Notes: generated by a model from the sequence alone, not told the origin. Shown: positions 26,753-40,803, numbered from the stretch's first letter. The stretch: DNA of 64,000 bases from Chrysomallon squamiferum (GCA_012295275.1 CM022677.1:4278001-4342000), one strand, 5' to 3'. Numbers and translations: made by a program.

Positions 26753-29379
26753 TAACAATAATAATAATAATAATAACAATAATAATAATAAGAAGAAGAA
26801 GAAGAAATAAATAAGTAAATAAATAAATATATAAATAAAGAAAATAAAAAATGTTTTGAATATGTATATTTAAATCATCTACCTATCACAAACCTAACTT
26901 TAACCAACAATGAAAAATATATTAAATTAAGGTAATTTTTTTTCTTGTTCTTATTATTATTTATATATATATTTCTTAACTTCCACCGAGTTTTACAATT
27001 TTAGAATTTCTTGAGATCAGTTTATATTTAAAATATCCCTAACACTAACCATTTCTCTTATACTGAGATTAATTTAAATTTAAACTTAATCCTAACAAAA
27101 ATTACTAATTGATGGATCCAAAAGCAGTTTTAAATTTGTTGGTAACTGCAAGTCTCATTCAGAACCAATTCAACTGAAACACAAAGACTATCAGTTATAT
27201 GGAGTAATTTGTTTTTAATTTGTTACATCTGATTAATGCTGTATTTATAAGTAATCATACACTAATGTAATAAAACATAAAAATAAAATATTTTCTAGAG
27301 CATTAAATACTTAATTATATAGAGATTTGTTTTATATTTCTAAATTATAGTTGTCTTTATAACTGTAAAAATTAATGAAAAAATCTAGAGGAAAAGGTTA
27401 AATTTGTACATTTGATTGAAAAATCAAAAACAACATTTTCATATGTTTTCTGTTATGAACTGAGAACAATTAAAACACAGTTGAAATATAAAATAAATGT
27501 CTGTCACTAAGACAATGTATTTAATGTTTTGTATAAGCAATAAAGAAGTTGGTAATGTTTCATAGTAATATATGAAACCCAAATACAAATTCATTCCTTG
27601 CTCTAGGAAACAGAATCAAGTTAATCCTTTGTCAGTACAAAATGAGCTGTTAAGACTTGACTTATTCTTGTCAGTAATTATTAGTGCTGAGTTTTGAAAC
27701 CACAAAGAGAGATTTTAACACAGAGCCTATTTCTGTCAGAAAGTATAGATGTCATTAACGCTGATTTAAAATCAGCATAAAATGAGATTTTAAAATTGGA
27801 CTTCATTTGTGTCAGGAACTGAAGTTTCCTTAATACTGAAAGCAACTATTCTTAGTCATAATAATTATAAGCTTTAGTCAAAGTTGTGTCCCTTTGCTTA
27901 TATAAAAATGTATTCTCAAGGCAATTAATTCATCTTCACTCATTTCTGTTCCATCATTTATTCCAGTATAATCATTCTGTGAAAAAGAGGTAACATGTTC
28001 TCCAGTCAATTAAGTACACTCTCCAGTTGTTTAATTTCTTCATCACTTGAACTGTTTCCTGAACTTTATTTTATCCATCTTCTTGTTTCTTACAAGCCAT
28101 TTTCTTCAGTTATGCTGAATAATACCAGAAACATTTATTAGTTTTAATAAACATAATTATAACATCAGATTAAATACACGATGCAATTATAAAAATTACT
28201 TGTTTGTCCACTGTTTTGTTATCTGCTTTCCATTCACTTTTACACCTTTTAATGTTGTAAATGAAACAAGTGTTGTATAAAACATCAAAAACATTTATAT
28301 GAAAAGAAAGTAGGAAACTATCAGGAAGAAATCCATTCTGTTAAATGTGTGTGTGTGTGTGCGTGTGCATGTGTGTGTGTGTGTGTGTATGTGAATACAT
28401 ACATATTTACAGAAATAACTCACTTTCAGATGTTTCTTTAAGTCTTTCTACTATAAGTTATCTTGATAACCAAAATCATTATTACATTTATCTGAAACAA
28501 TGAAATTTTAAAGGACAAATCAGATAGTTTTTAATTATTGCTTAGAGACAGAATTAGATAATATTAACTGTTCAGAAGACAGATTTGACTAAACTGACAT
28601 AAAAATTGAAACTGAGTAACAATTCATAATGTTTTTAAAAATAATAATAATAAATGAAAATAAAGCTATTCAAAAAAAAAAAATAATAATAATGAAGTGT
28701 AAAAATAATAATATAAATAAAATGAAACAACAGTAACTAAATAGGTAACTAAATACATAAATTATCAACTGATTATGAAATATAAATAAATTAAATAGAA
28801 TGTTTCACAATCATCAGTTGTTCCTATTGCAAAATGAATGATCGTGTTGTTTCAAACTGTTATATGAGAAAAAAATAATGAGAAAACTGTAGGTTTTATT
28901 AAAACAAAATGTAAAGTTTCAGAATTATCAGAGATGTACACACAGAAAAGAGTTAAATATACGTCCTAGGGTACTATTTGTGATATTCAACCAAATAGTT
29001 TTCCTCCTAGGATATTCCAGTTTTTGAGACACAGGAGCTTGGCAGAGCCTAAATGTAAAAGATGCTATAACTTATAGTATAAGAGCAAAAAAAAAAAAAA
29101 AAAATCTGCAAAAAGCAAAAATATATTCATTCAGACATTTGGGGGAATGTGTGCTACCATTACTGTGACATCAGTTCACCTCTAGTTTCTGAGAGGTGTG
29201 GCTTGATCTCATAAACCTGCATTTCTACTAGATCTGTTTGAAGGAAAACTGGTTCATGTTTGTCAAGGATATCTGAAAGAGCAGAATGAGAATTTATTCA
29301 AGCAGTGGTTACTGTTGATCAAACACTTAGTTCTGTCGAGTTAAATACATCTGCTGATTATATTGCACAAATTAACTGG

Positions 29380-30030
29380 ATCAAAAAGAATCTGTGAGAA
29401 GCACAGAAAAGTGATCCATCTTTGAAAGGGGTGTGGTCAAAAATAGTGCATTAAAAACAATCTTTCAAACCAGAGTGAATGTTTTTTATGTGCTCAGTGC
29501 TGAGGAAGAAAGTGAAAAGTTTGAATGTTTTCAGTTGCAATTTAGAATATACAGACAGCAAATACCAAGTTTAAGTCCTGAATGTGTGTTTGTGGGTCAT
29601 CTGGGGTGAACAAAAACATATCTGCAGATTGCATCAGACCTTTATTGGCCAGAAATGTATCACAAGACAAAGGAATTTGTCAAAAGTGGAAAGGTGTCTC
29701 AGAAAAATGGGAAAACAAATCAGGTTATTACCCTGGCACCCCTAAAATTGGTACCAGTCAGTGGACCTGTTTTTTCAAAAGTAACAGCTGATATTGTGGG
29801 ACCACTAGCCAGGGTAATGAGTATCTGTAGACAATAATGTGTGTGAATACTAGGTTCCAGAGGCAATCCCATTACATAAGATGACAGCTAGTGTAGCAGC
29901 AAAAGCTCTGATAAAATATTTCATGAAAACTGGTTTACCAGATGAAATTCAGTCTGATCAAAGCTCAAATTTCACGTGAAAATTGTTTCAGCAAGTCATG
30001 GTTCTGTTAGGAATACATCAGGAGACACAA
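29380..30030 (+). mobile_element. Gypsy LTR retrotransposon integrase relic
   Basis: GHLGVNKT...LYWPEMY..TKEFVKS...APLKLVPV...FSKVTADIVGPL...TRF(P)EAIPL...GLPDEIQSDQSSNFT, i.e. the HHCC region plus rve core, with stops and frameshifts. Confidence 0.82.
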
Positions 30031-30534
30031 AAGTGAGTTGGTAAATATTGTAAATTTGGATAATAGATGATTGGACAAATCTGGTGTACTTTATTAATCA
30101 GACAACAGGACAGTAAAATAAAGAACTCCATATTGTCAAATATCATGCAAATAGTACTACCAAGTGTGATGATGGAGAAAATTCCTACAGAATCTCTTAG
30201 TCATGTCTGATGTATTTATCAAGTTCACTCTAGTGGTTCACACAAGAGATCAGAAGGCTTCATACACAGTGAAGTTGCTAGTGGTTTCACATCTTAAATA
30301 CTAACCTATTAATTTATAGTTATGACTAAACTTATTTTCATGTTTACTTACTTCACAACAGCTACAAATGTCATGAACATTTCATGCAGTTTCTTTCTTT
30401 TCTTCAGATTTGCCATCTTCAGTCTCTGTGTGGCTGTTCCCAGTGAATCTTCTTCCTTGTAGTGGGACACATTTTCTCTCCCTGCACAAAGTGTCTGTGC
30501 ATGGTGTTCTGTTTTTCTATAGTCCAACTTACAT

Positions 30535-30905
30535 TTCTAACCCTAACCCTAACCCTACCTTACCATTACCCCTAATGTAACCCTCTAACCCTAACCCTAC
30601 CTTACCATTACCCCTAAATGTAACTCTGTAACTCTAACCCTAACCCTACCTTACCATTACCCCTAAATGTAACTCTGTAACTCTAACCCTAACCCTACCT
30701 TACCATTACCCCAACTGTAACTCTCTAATCCTAACCCTAACCCTGACACCCTACCCTAAGCCAAACCTCAAACTCTCTGACCCTAACTTCAACCCCAAAC
30801 ACTAAACCATAACCCCTTTCCTTACCTTAAACAGACCCCTAATCCTAACCCAAACCCTCTAACCCAAGCCTAACCCTAAACCTTACCCTTACCCTTACCC
30901 CAAAC
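30535..30905. repeat. Interstitial degenerate (CCCTAA)n telomere-like tract with a 42-49-bp higher-order unit
   Basis: Many taaccc hexamers; taccattacc recurs at 30561, 30603, 30652 and 30701. Confidence 0.8.
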
Positions 30906-32724
30906 TTACTATAATTTTATTCAGGAAAGTAAATAGAATTTAAACTTACTAACTTTACTTAGAGAGATGGATAGACAGATAAGAAGATATAGTAGATAGA
31001 TATATATAATAATATTTACTATCTTATTTCCATTGTTACACATTCTTTCTTACTTTTAATTTTGTTTAGCACTCTTTAGATATATTGGTATTACATTTCA
31101 ACAACTGAAGCTTAAAACATTGTAACTTGGCCAGAAATAGGAGGACTACGTTCACCTAAAATATTGTGTTATTACTACTAGTATGTACAACTCCTATCTG
31201 TCTCCTATCTTGTAGATCTGATGTTACACTGGATTTCTCCTGAATGTCAGATGAAGTAAGCAACACTGACAGTTACTGTGTTCACTCGTTACCTCTTTGT
31301 ACTGGAATAAACAAGTCAAAGATAATTATTTAAATAGTTGTAACTATGAGATAACAAAAGCCAGTGATAACACTGTTTACCTGTAGCACTTTCCATTCAT
31401 TAACAGCAGTTAACAGAGTATGTTCTTCAGACTGGTAAATGAAGCTTTATCAAACAGTTTTTTACTATAAATGTTGAAAAATTAAGACAAGAGTGGGATA
31501 GAGAAAAACGCCTTTATTCTTAATTTCACTAAACCATATGAACAAAGAAAAGAACAAAGAATTATTTTCTTTGTAATTTAAAAACAAAAAATACAAACAT
31601 TATCATTTTGAATTTCTAGAAAAAAGGAAACATCTACTGGAATAAAAAAATGAGAAAAAAGACCTGAACTTATTAAATAATATGAAATTAGTCTGGAATA
31701 TGGAGTTAAACAGTGAATAGATTGCTTCATGTTTATCAGCAGCATTACTCTTTAACATGTTTTGAAAGTATAATTTAATATTTCAACAAGTGGTGAATAT
31801 GTAATTATTTGAGACTTTCAGTTTGACTGGTAATAGTTATTTTTGTAATCCAAAAAGCCAAAGCACCACAAGTGGTGAATATGTAATTAATGACTAAATT
31901 TAAAGTTTTTACTGCTCATTAGTTCATTAAACCACTGAACTGCTTTAGTTAATACTAGTCTTTGCTTAAAACATTAACAAATATCTACTTCATTGAATTT
32001 TATTTCAGTGGATTCTTCCAAATCACCAGTATTCCAGTATTACTTATATCTTTTAACTTCAAAAACAGGAGCCATTACTAATACAAAATGTATTGGAAGA
32101 AAGTTACCACTTATAAATTTGACTGTACTTGCTCATGTTTCTAACAAATAAATCTTTATGTTTCACATTAAATATAGCAAAATGAAACACAGTGAAACAA
32201 AGCAATAAAGAAGCAAAAGGTAAATGAATATAAATTAATTATTAGTAGCTTTTGAAAGAAAAAATAAACAAAAAAGAAAATAAACAATAATAAATAAAAA
32301 ATAAAATATTTAAGTTAAATGAAGTTTCAGGAAGGTACAATGAAAAAGATGTATATAGTTTCAACTGTCACTGGTAAGAAAAGAATATATTGTTTTCCTC
32401 TAAACAAATATTCATCCTTTTGAATGAGAAAATCTGTTATACCAATAGTAATAGTAATAGTAATAGTAATAATTAAATAGCTGACAAAACTGCTTTAGAG
32501 GCAGATATTTTAAAATGTGTTTTAACAACTCACTTTTGTCTGTGCCTGATGAAGTAACATAAATATATAAATAAATAGTAGTCACTGAAATACATTTAAA
32601 GATATAGTCAACATAAATAAATAAATAGTAGTCACTGAAATACATTTAAAGCCACAATCTACAGCTGCTATTGTTAAACAGTTACAGTCTTTCTTGGAAT
32701 TTGTGATTAAATGTTTCCTAGATA

Positions 32725-33010
32725 AAGGAAAAACAGAAACTTTATTTTATTTTTTGTTTAACAACACACTGAATGTATTTTAATCTACACTGATTATAAT
32801 TTTATTTATTTTATTTTTTGTTTAACAACACACTGAATGTATTTAAATCTACACTGATTACAATTCTTTTTGGCTGAAGATTTTACTGATACAGAGATAA
32901 AATCTTGGTGCGATCTCATAGACAGGACAGCACCTTCCACGGTTTTTCATAAACTCACAGTGTAGATGTGACAGGGATGGAAAATAGCCAAAGGGAGAAA
33001 CGAGATCATT
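32725..33010 (-). mobile_element. Probable decayed gastropod-type SINE
   Basis: tttaacaacacactgaatgtattt...tctcatagacaggacagcaccttccacggtttt...ggaaaatagccaaaggg resembles, from memory, a widespread mollusc SINE core. Contains a ~64-bp local duplication. Confidence 0.35.
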
Positions 33011-33280
33011 CAAGCTTTAACTTTCCTTCAGCAGACTCAGACAAAGCCAGGGATTTCCAACGTTGGCCACAGCGCCCCCTGGTGGGCGTTGGTGAGTTAC
33101 AAGGGGGCGCTGTGAGTCTTTTCTCTATTGGGGGTGGGCCAAACGCACATAAGGGGGCGTTATCTAAAATACATTGTATGACAAATTTAAATATTACTGT
33201 GTAAAATAAGCTACAGTTCTATGAATTGTTCACACAAGAATAGTAACAAGCAGAACTATAAAAAGTAACATTTACTCTTG

Positions 33281-33458
33281 TACACAACAATCTCGCTGTG
33301 TGAACACAACAATCTCGCTGTGTGAACACAACAATCTCGCTGTGTGAACACAACAATCTCGCTGTGTGAACACAACAATCTCGCTGTGTGAACACAACAA
33401 TCTCGCTGCATGAACACAACAATCTCGCTGCATGAACACAACAATCTTGCTGTATGAA
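33281..33458. repeat. 22-bp minisatellite, about 8 units
   Basis: Unit acacaacaatctcgctgtgtga. Confidence 0.95.
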
Positions 33459-34241
33459 CGGCGTGACGTTGCTGACTGCAGCTCAGTCAGGGTTGTGCAC
33501 GCGGCTGTGACAGTGTTTTTACTCTCAAACTGGGGATCAGGATGAAAGTTCCAAACATAAAAGTGATAAAACAAACAGCTGTGTGTTCTAGGTCACTGAA
33601 TGATTGATTTATGTGTGATAATGTGTGATGTTACTGGTCTGTGACTGCAGAGTGGGTGTCAGTGCTGCTACAGTTAATTCTTCAAACTGAAATCTCATAA
33701 ATCAGACATTAAAATGCAATTTAAAATGCAAGTTATTAAAATGCAATTTAAAACAAGTTAAAAATACATTTGGTATGTTTTAATGAATTTGGCGTGTTTT
33801 AGTTCGAAGGTTATTGCTTGCAAGTAAGCAGTCAGTTACAGTTATTGTCAAACAGTCGAGTTAGTTGGAAGACAACAACTACAAAGGTTGCTTACAATCA
33901 TTTAATTAACTTAGCCTTATTAGAATTCTTCTACTTCAAATATCAAAAAATACATTGTTTATAAAAAAAAAAAAAATTGTTAATAAAACGTTTAGTTCAA
34001 ATTAGACATGCTTACTTAAATTGCTATGGTGATATTCTTTGTTTGCCTCTGTTTTACTTATTTTCAGTGAATGTATTTAACAACCCATGATCAAGACTGA
34101 TAGCTCATCAAAACGAAAGTGCAGACAATACAGTGTTGAATATCTGAAGTATGGATTTATCAGTTCTGCAAATAATAAGCAACGACTGATGAGCGTCTTT
34201 GTGAGAAAGTGCTCACCAGCGAGGCAATGAAACCATCCAGG

Positions 34242-34446
34242 CTTTCCAAGCACTTTAAAAAGATGAATCCTCACAAAGAGAGTTTGTCAGACTTTCCAAG
34301 CACTTTAAAAAGATGAATCCTCACAAAGAGAGTTTGTCAGACTTTCCAAGCACTTTAAAAAGATGAATCCTCACAAAGAGAGTTTGTCAGACTTTACAAG
34401 CACTTTAAAAAGATGAATCCTCACAAAAGAGTTTGTCAGACTTTCA
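34242..34446. repeat. 50-bp x4 tandem amplification within the Charlie transposase relic
   Basis: Unit ctttccaagcactttaaaaagatgaatcctcacaaagagagtttgtcaga at 34242, 34292, 34342 and 34392. Confidence 0.95.
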
Positions 34447-34569
34447 CAACAGCAACACCATCGTCTCCCTTGTGGCAAAACAATCACAAAAAAAGCAATG
34501 ATGGACTTATTTGTTCATACAACATCTCAAAAATGACTGCTAGGTCAGGAAAGCCGCGTTCAATTGGAG

Positions 34570-35600
34570 AGGGAAACAGGAATAGGTGAAATGCCACAGC
34601 CGGCATACCACAAAGAAACTAAACCAGCAATAAACACACCTTTCCTGATCAAGACAGAAACAGACAAAACAGAGTTACCACCCTTCAAGCCACAGCAAAC
34701 GACCACTACAAACAACACACGCACATCTACACCAACGGATCCAAAAAGCCAGACAACAGGAGAGTAGGATTCACCTTCATAGCCCAAGATCACACAAACA
34801 AACCCACATGCAAACAATTCAGCCGCATCAGAAATCACCTTTTGGCATACACGGCCGAACTGGTCGCCATCATCAGAGCCATGCTGTGGGTAAAACACAA
34901 CAACAACAAACACGCAGTCATATTCTCAGTCTAAGTTCCATGATCTGAATACAATCCGGACATTCCAGCAGACCAGACCTACTCAGCAGAATACAACATC
35001 TACACGAGGACATACAACACAACAACAAACAACTAACCATCAAGTGGCTCCCAGCACATGTCAGCATCACCAGCAACGAACTCGCCAACCACTACACCAA
35101 AGAGTCACTCAGCATTAAAGACAAAGACATCTGCACAGACATACATTACGGAATAAACGAAATTGTCTCCATCGCTGCCAAACATTACGACAAACAGTGG
35201 CAAAACGAATGGAACAACACCAAAAACACATGGCACTTAAACATCAAACCATTCGCCAAAACACTCTAAATCACACTCGCACACAAACTACACAACAACA
35301 ATCTCACCATAGCCAGAACTGGTTACTTGACCAATTTAAATACAAATATCACAACACCACATCACCCAACTGCAGCTGTGGACTCTGAAGCCATGAAACA
35401 CTACTTGTTTCATTGTCAAAATTTCGCTGAGGAAAGACAAGCACTACGCAATACACTGGAGGAACTAAAAACTGAGTTCACGCTCCAACACATCCTGGCA
35501 CCAAACGTGAAAGACAGAGAGTTAGTCCTCACTGCAGTAACAACATACATTCTGAACACAAAACACAAACTTTAAACTTTTTTTTTTTTTTCTTTTTTGA
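34570..35600 (+). mobile_element. 3' part of an RNase H-containing non-LTR retrotransposon (I-group/Nimb-like)
   Basis: RNase H motifs HIYTNGSK, TAELVAI..AMLWV, AVIFS and IKWLPAHVSITSNELAN. C-terminal CCHC knuckle SPNCSCG...KHYLFHC. A/C-rich sense strand. Confidence 0.8.
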
Positions 35601-36019
35601 CACCAAAACAAACAACAATTGAATGAATTTATTGACTTACAGATTGGTTGGCTGAACAGCTGATGGATCTATGGATGGATCAACTGACTGACGAATCAAT
35701 TTGAATGGCCAATTAAATTAATAATTAAAAACAAGGATAAACGTACTATACGTACCCATTTTCAGGCAATACTAACCCAGTTATGTTTTTTTATTTTTGT
35801 TTTTTTCAATTTATTTTTTTTTATAATTTAATTAATTGAAATTTTTTTTTTCATATTCTAAATCTTAGCTACAGGATTTATAACATTTTAAATTAAAATA
35901 AAATAACATGTCAATAAGTTAACTACGTTTATGTTCTTATTTGTTTTAGTTGCAGGTGTTTATAGTATCTTTTAAAACAATAAAAAGACAATTGGCAAAA
36001 CAAAAAATATAAAAAAAAA

Positions 36020-36755
36020 TAACAGGTTTGGACTACGTGGACCAGAAGGAAGCAGCCAAAAAGAAACAACAACAGCAGCAGCGAAGAGCAGAACAAGCAG
36101 GACACAAACAACACACAAACAACACAGAGCCGGTGATGACTGGGAGATTGTGCCGGAGACCACAGGGGGCGAAACATCGTAACCGCCTCGTTACGATCCG
36201 ATACACTCCCTTGTGTCCTGCAATCGTGGCAAGAACCCACTCTCTAACTCTTACCTTACCCAAAACTCTTTTCTGTGACAGACACGACAGCTGACCTGTC
36301 AGAAAGCTTCACAACAGCTTGCTCTGATTAGCACGTTCATTCTTTTCCATTCCATTTCATAAAGAGGTTGCAATGGAAAGAAATGACCGTTGTTTTGTAC
36401 AGTCAAGTTGCACAGTGAAATCTACGAAAGCGAAAGAAATTCAAATTTCATTGGAACTCAATGGTGCCATTAAGAATGGAAGTAGATACAGGTGCTTCTG
36501 TGTCGATAATTTCTAATAAGAGTTATCAGGAAAAATTGAAGAAAACAGTGTCATTGAAATCAACATTGATTGTATTGAAAACTTATACAGATGAAGTGGT
36601 GCCAGTCCTGGAGCAAATTGAGGTGACTGTTAAATATGGAAAGCAGAAAAAACTTTTACCTTTAATTGTGGTGAAAGGAAATGGACCAACTTTGTTTGGA
36701 TGGAATTGGTTCCAAAACATTCAGTTGGACTGGAACAGTATTAAGATTTTTTGAC
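36020..36755 (+). mobile_element. Gypsy (Mag/K02A2.6-like) aspartic protease fragment with possible LTR relic upstream
   Basis: ORF 36461-36754 VPLRMEVDTGASVSII...LKTYT...LPLIVVKGNGPTLFGWNW contains the DTG active site. Confidence 0.8.
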
Positions 36756-36997
36756 AAATTCATGTTTTTTGCATGCAGTTTGTTGCATTTTTTCATTTCC
36801 ATATATTTCATTTTTGTTCATAGAGTACTTTGTTAAAAATTAGTTATACAAACTTTCTTCGGTCGCTTTCAACTTTATTCTTAAATAAATCATTACATGT
36901 ATTGTAAGGGGTGCGAGAAGACATTAAAATATTTTAGGGGTGCGGGGCATTAAAAAGGTTGGGAACCAGTTTTAGATAAATCAGCTTCTCAGCTCTC

Positions 36998-37480
36998 TGA
37001 ACCAAATATACATTAATAAATGAACAAAATATATATTAATTAATGAACCAAATATACATTAATCAATGAACAAAATATACATTAATTAATGAACAAAATA
37101 TACATTAATAAATGAACAAAATATACATTAATTAATAAACAAAATATATATTAATCAATGAACAAAATATACATTAATTAATAAACAAAATATATATTAA
37201 TCAATGAATCAAAATATACATTAATTAATAAACAAAATATATATTAATCAATGAACAAAATATACATTAATTAATAAACAAAATATATATTAATCAATGA
37301 ACAAAATATACATTAATTAATAAACAAAATATATATTAATTAATGAATCAAATATACATTAATTAATGAATCAAATATACATTAATAAATGAACAAAATA
37401 TACATTAATTAATAAACAAAATATACATTAATTAATAAACAAAATATATATTAATTAATGAATCAAACACACATTAATCG
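36998..37480. repeat. AT-rich ~22-bp minisatellite
   Basis: Repeated aatgaacaaaatatacattaat variants. Confidence 0.92.
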
Positions 37481-37483
37481 ATG

Positions 37484-37790
37484 AATGACACTTTTTTTAG
37501 AGGAGGATACTATGACATTAGTATGTGTTTACAGAAGATCAGCTCTGTGAGAAAGAATGACACTTTTTTTAGAGGAGGATACTATGACATTAGTATGTGT
37601 TTACAGAAGATCAGCTCTGTGAGAAAGGCTGACAGGGTTTCTTGTACGCTATCTCATGTTTACAGAAGATCAGCTCTGTGAGAAAGGCTGACAGGTTTTC
37701 TTGTAAGCTATCTCATGTTTACAGAAGATCAGCTCTGTGAGAAAGGCTGACAGGTTTTCTTGTATGCTATCTCGTGTTTACAGGAGATCC
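37484..37790. repeat. Nested tandem duplications (72 bp x2 and 59 bp x3) in the CAMSAP CH exon
   Basis: tgtttacagaagatcagctctgtgagaaag recurs four times with 72- and 59-bp spacing. Confidence 0.92.
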
Positions 37791-37946
37791 TTGTAGGTGA
37801 AGTACACAAAGTTGATGGTAAGATGCTGATCACAGAATGTTTTGATGAGGCATAGATTACATAAAGAATTAACTAATCCTAACCCATCTTCCTAACATGT
37901 ATCTGAAAAATAAATAAATAATAAATAAAGCAATTAGTATTTAATA

Positions 37947-38015
<69 letters not shown>

Positions 38016-40751
38016 CAATTTAGATCATATTCAAAAGCAAAAGAAAAAACAGATCTAATACTAAAATACGAATTTGTCGATTATGAAATTTAAAAAAAAG
38101 ACCCTAAGACAATGCCTCTCTTAATCAGATATTAACTTTCAGCAATTTAATATATGCTAAATTTTAAAATTACCATCTCATTTATTATTTTATTTGCAAA
38201 AACTGTTCTAAAACAAACCATGAAAACTGAGAGACTGCAGACAATAGAAACTTCAGACAATAGGAACTGTACATCCGTCTCTACATCTTTTAGTATGTCT
38301 GTCATCACAGGAACAGTGACACTGTGTGAAGGGCTGGCAGTTCCAGTCTGGTAACAGGAAAGTTAAACATTTTAAAATACTGATGAAATATAAAGTTGCT
38401 TCTTTTGTTTTATAATATAGAAATAAACATTTACAACAAAATAATCACATTTACATAAATATGTATGTGTGTAATATGTGTGTAAGTGCATGTCTATGTG
38501 TTTGCATGATCACTTACTGATAAGTTATCTACAAACTGCATCTTCATATATTAAATTAAATTAAACTTCATTAGGTTTAGAATAATGAGAAATATGTAAG
38601 AAAACAAACTCAAATTCACCAGCTCAGAATTGTTCTCTTTTGCAATGGCAGCAGTACAAACTTTATTTAACCAGAAAACAACTGTGACCTCAGTGTCTGA
38701 TGGAAGTTCACTGGTTGTGTTAAAAGTTGTAATTCAACTGAAAGTTTTAAAATTACATGTTCAATAGAGAGGTTTAGCACAGACGTAACTTTCACATACT
38801 GATTTTCTTGATATGGGACAAGCCTATATGTATGTGTTTATGTATAGCAATGTTTTGAAACATTATAAAGGATGAGTCTTGTTTTTATGATTTTCTTTAA
38901 TGTTTGTTAACTAGGCAACAAAAATACTGAACATGTTTTAACCAAATGTGCATATATTATATATCCAAATAAAGTGTTTATAAGTTCTAGAGCTGCAGTT
39001 ACTTCCCTTCCTTTATCTGACACAATACAAGCTTTGCTCTTTACATGGAAGCTAAACTGAAAGTGAGTTATGGACATGACTCATACAGTAAGGTCAGTAT
39101 GCAATCAGATATGTGAGCAGATTACATCTATGCTAAACCTCACTAATATGCTGAATGTAAAGACTGAGGTCTCATTACATTATATTAGAAATTATACAAA
39201 AATATGCACCCTTTTGTTTTTTTTCTCTCTCTCTCTCTCTCATACATTCAAATGCATCAATCATTTAATATTCAAAGTAGAACAATCAAAGCTTTTAAAT
39301 ACAGATTGTCATTGACCTCTGAACTGAAAAGCAATTGATAATACAGTGATACTTTCCAAAAAACTATCTGAACCAAATAAATAAACTTTAACAAAGTAAA
39401 AGAGGTTTTCAATTTCTTATTTTTTTAAATTTAATTTATGTATTTAATAAACAAACAAAAAATGTCAATAAAATATAAATGTAAATGCAAATGTAAATGT
39501 AAATGTAAATATAAATAAAAACTACAGCTTACCTGATGGCTTGGACAGCATGTTCTGCTGAAACAACTTCACTGGTTTATGTCATCATCAGCACATCAAT
39601 TAGAGGAATATGTGCATTCTGAAAAAAATGACAATGAATAAAATAATAACACAGATAATAAATAAACAGCTATAAATAATCCTTATAATGATAATAATAA
39701 AAATAATTTACAAAACAATGACAGATCACTGATTTCATTTACTGTTTTATAATGAATAAAGAACTTTTACAAAATTTAATAAGACACAAAAATAAAATAA
39801 AAAGTCATTCCATGAGAATGGTTTCTGTAAAGCTGATTCATCCTTCTCCATGATGTAAAAAATTTAGACAGCACCTGAATAACACTTCAGTGATCTAAAA
39901 AATATTTCAATAGTAAATATAAAGTTTAGTAATTTTTTATAAAATTTTTATCAATCTCCATTTGTTGATATTTGGATTTTTTATTTACTTGTTGACTGGG
40001 ATCCCACAGCATACACAAATTTTCTCCCAATCAGACCAGTGGTGTGGGAGATATGGCCCACCTAATTTTCTGAAAAGATTTTTTGGCTTGATACCAAAAT
40101 GGATTGTGCAACCACCAATCATCATCATCATAGAACCCTCATATCTCAAGAACTATTGGGCCAAGCGATATTCAATAATAATTAAATTTTTCATTGTTAC
40201 TGAAATGCAAAATGAAAAACAATTAATGTTTTATTTAACAACATATAAATATAGCATTGTATTTTTCCTTTTGTCTTAAACATGTGTTATGAAGAAATGA
40301 GATAATTTGTTTTCAAAGAGTCATGCAATAATATATTTTTAATTTTATTCCATTAATGACTAGCTGAACTGTACCATAGAAAAAAGTGTCATGAGAGGAA
40401 ACACAAATCTCTTAATTGACAATTTTCAGATCATTTAATTTTTCTATTTTTGATGAAATAATTCTAAGGTTTATAAAAAGTAAGACACTAGAGATAATTA
40501 AAACAAAACAACAATGCATATAATAACTTTAATAATTAGAACAAATCTTGAAAGATAAAAAAATTATAAAATATTTCACTCACATCTGATTTTTCATAAA
40601 ATGGTTCTTTAAATTCATTTGGAACATTTTCTCCATATACTTTCTGCAGATCTCTGCCAATGATGAAATCTGGCCTGAACAACGTGAAAAATAAATAAAC
40701 ATGAGTAATGATTTTAAGAAGAATATGAAAAATAATCATAAAGATTAAAAC

Positions 40752-40803
<52 letters not shown>

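Larger units (their letters stand above)
33048..36971 (+). mobile_element. hAT-Charlie/Buster-like DNA transposon relic interrupted by LINE and Gypsy fragments
   Basis: 5' TIR-like cagggatttccaaac at 33048 and 3' TIR-like aggttgggaacca at ~36957-36969. Transposase N-terminus KRKCRQYSVEYLKYGF...CEKVLTSEAMKPSRL and GLICSYNISKMTARSGKPRSIGE at 34110-34570. No TSD found, so the two ends may not belong to one element. Confidence 0.7.

Noticed and set aside
30345-30530. Minus-strand CPTTRKKIHWEQPHRD/LKMANL resembling the end of a RING/TRIM domain
   Set aside because: Too short and needs a frameshift; cannot be supported without a search.
30535-30905. True chromosome end
   Set aside because: The tract is short, degenerate and flanked by ordinary sequence on both sides.
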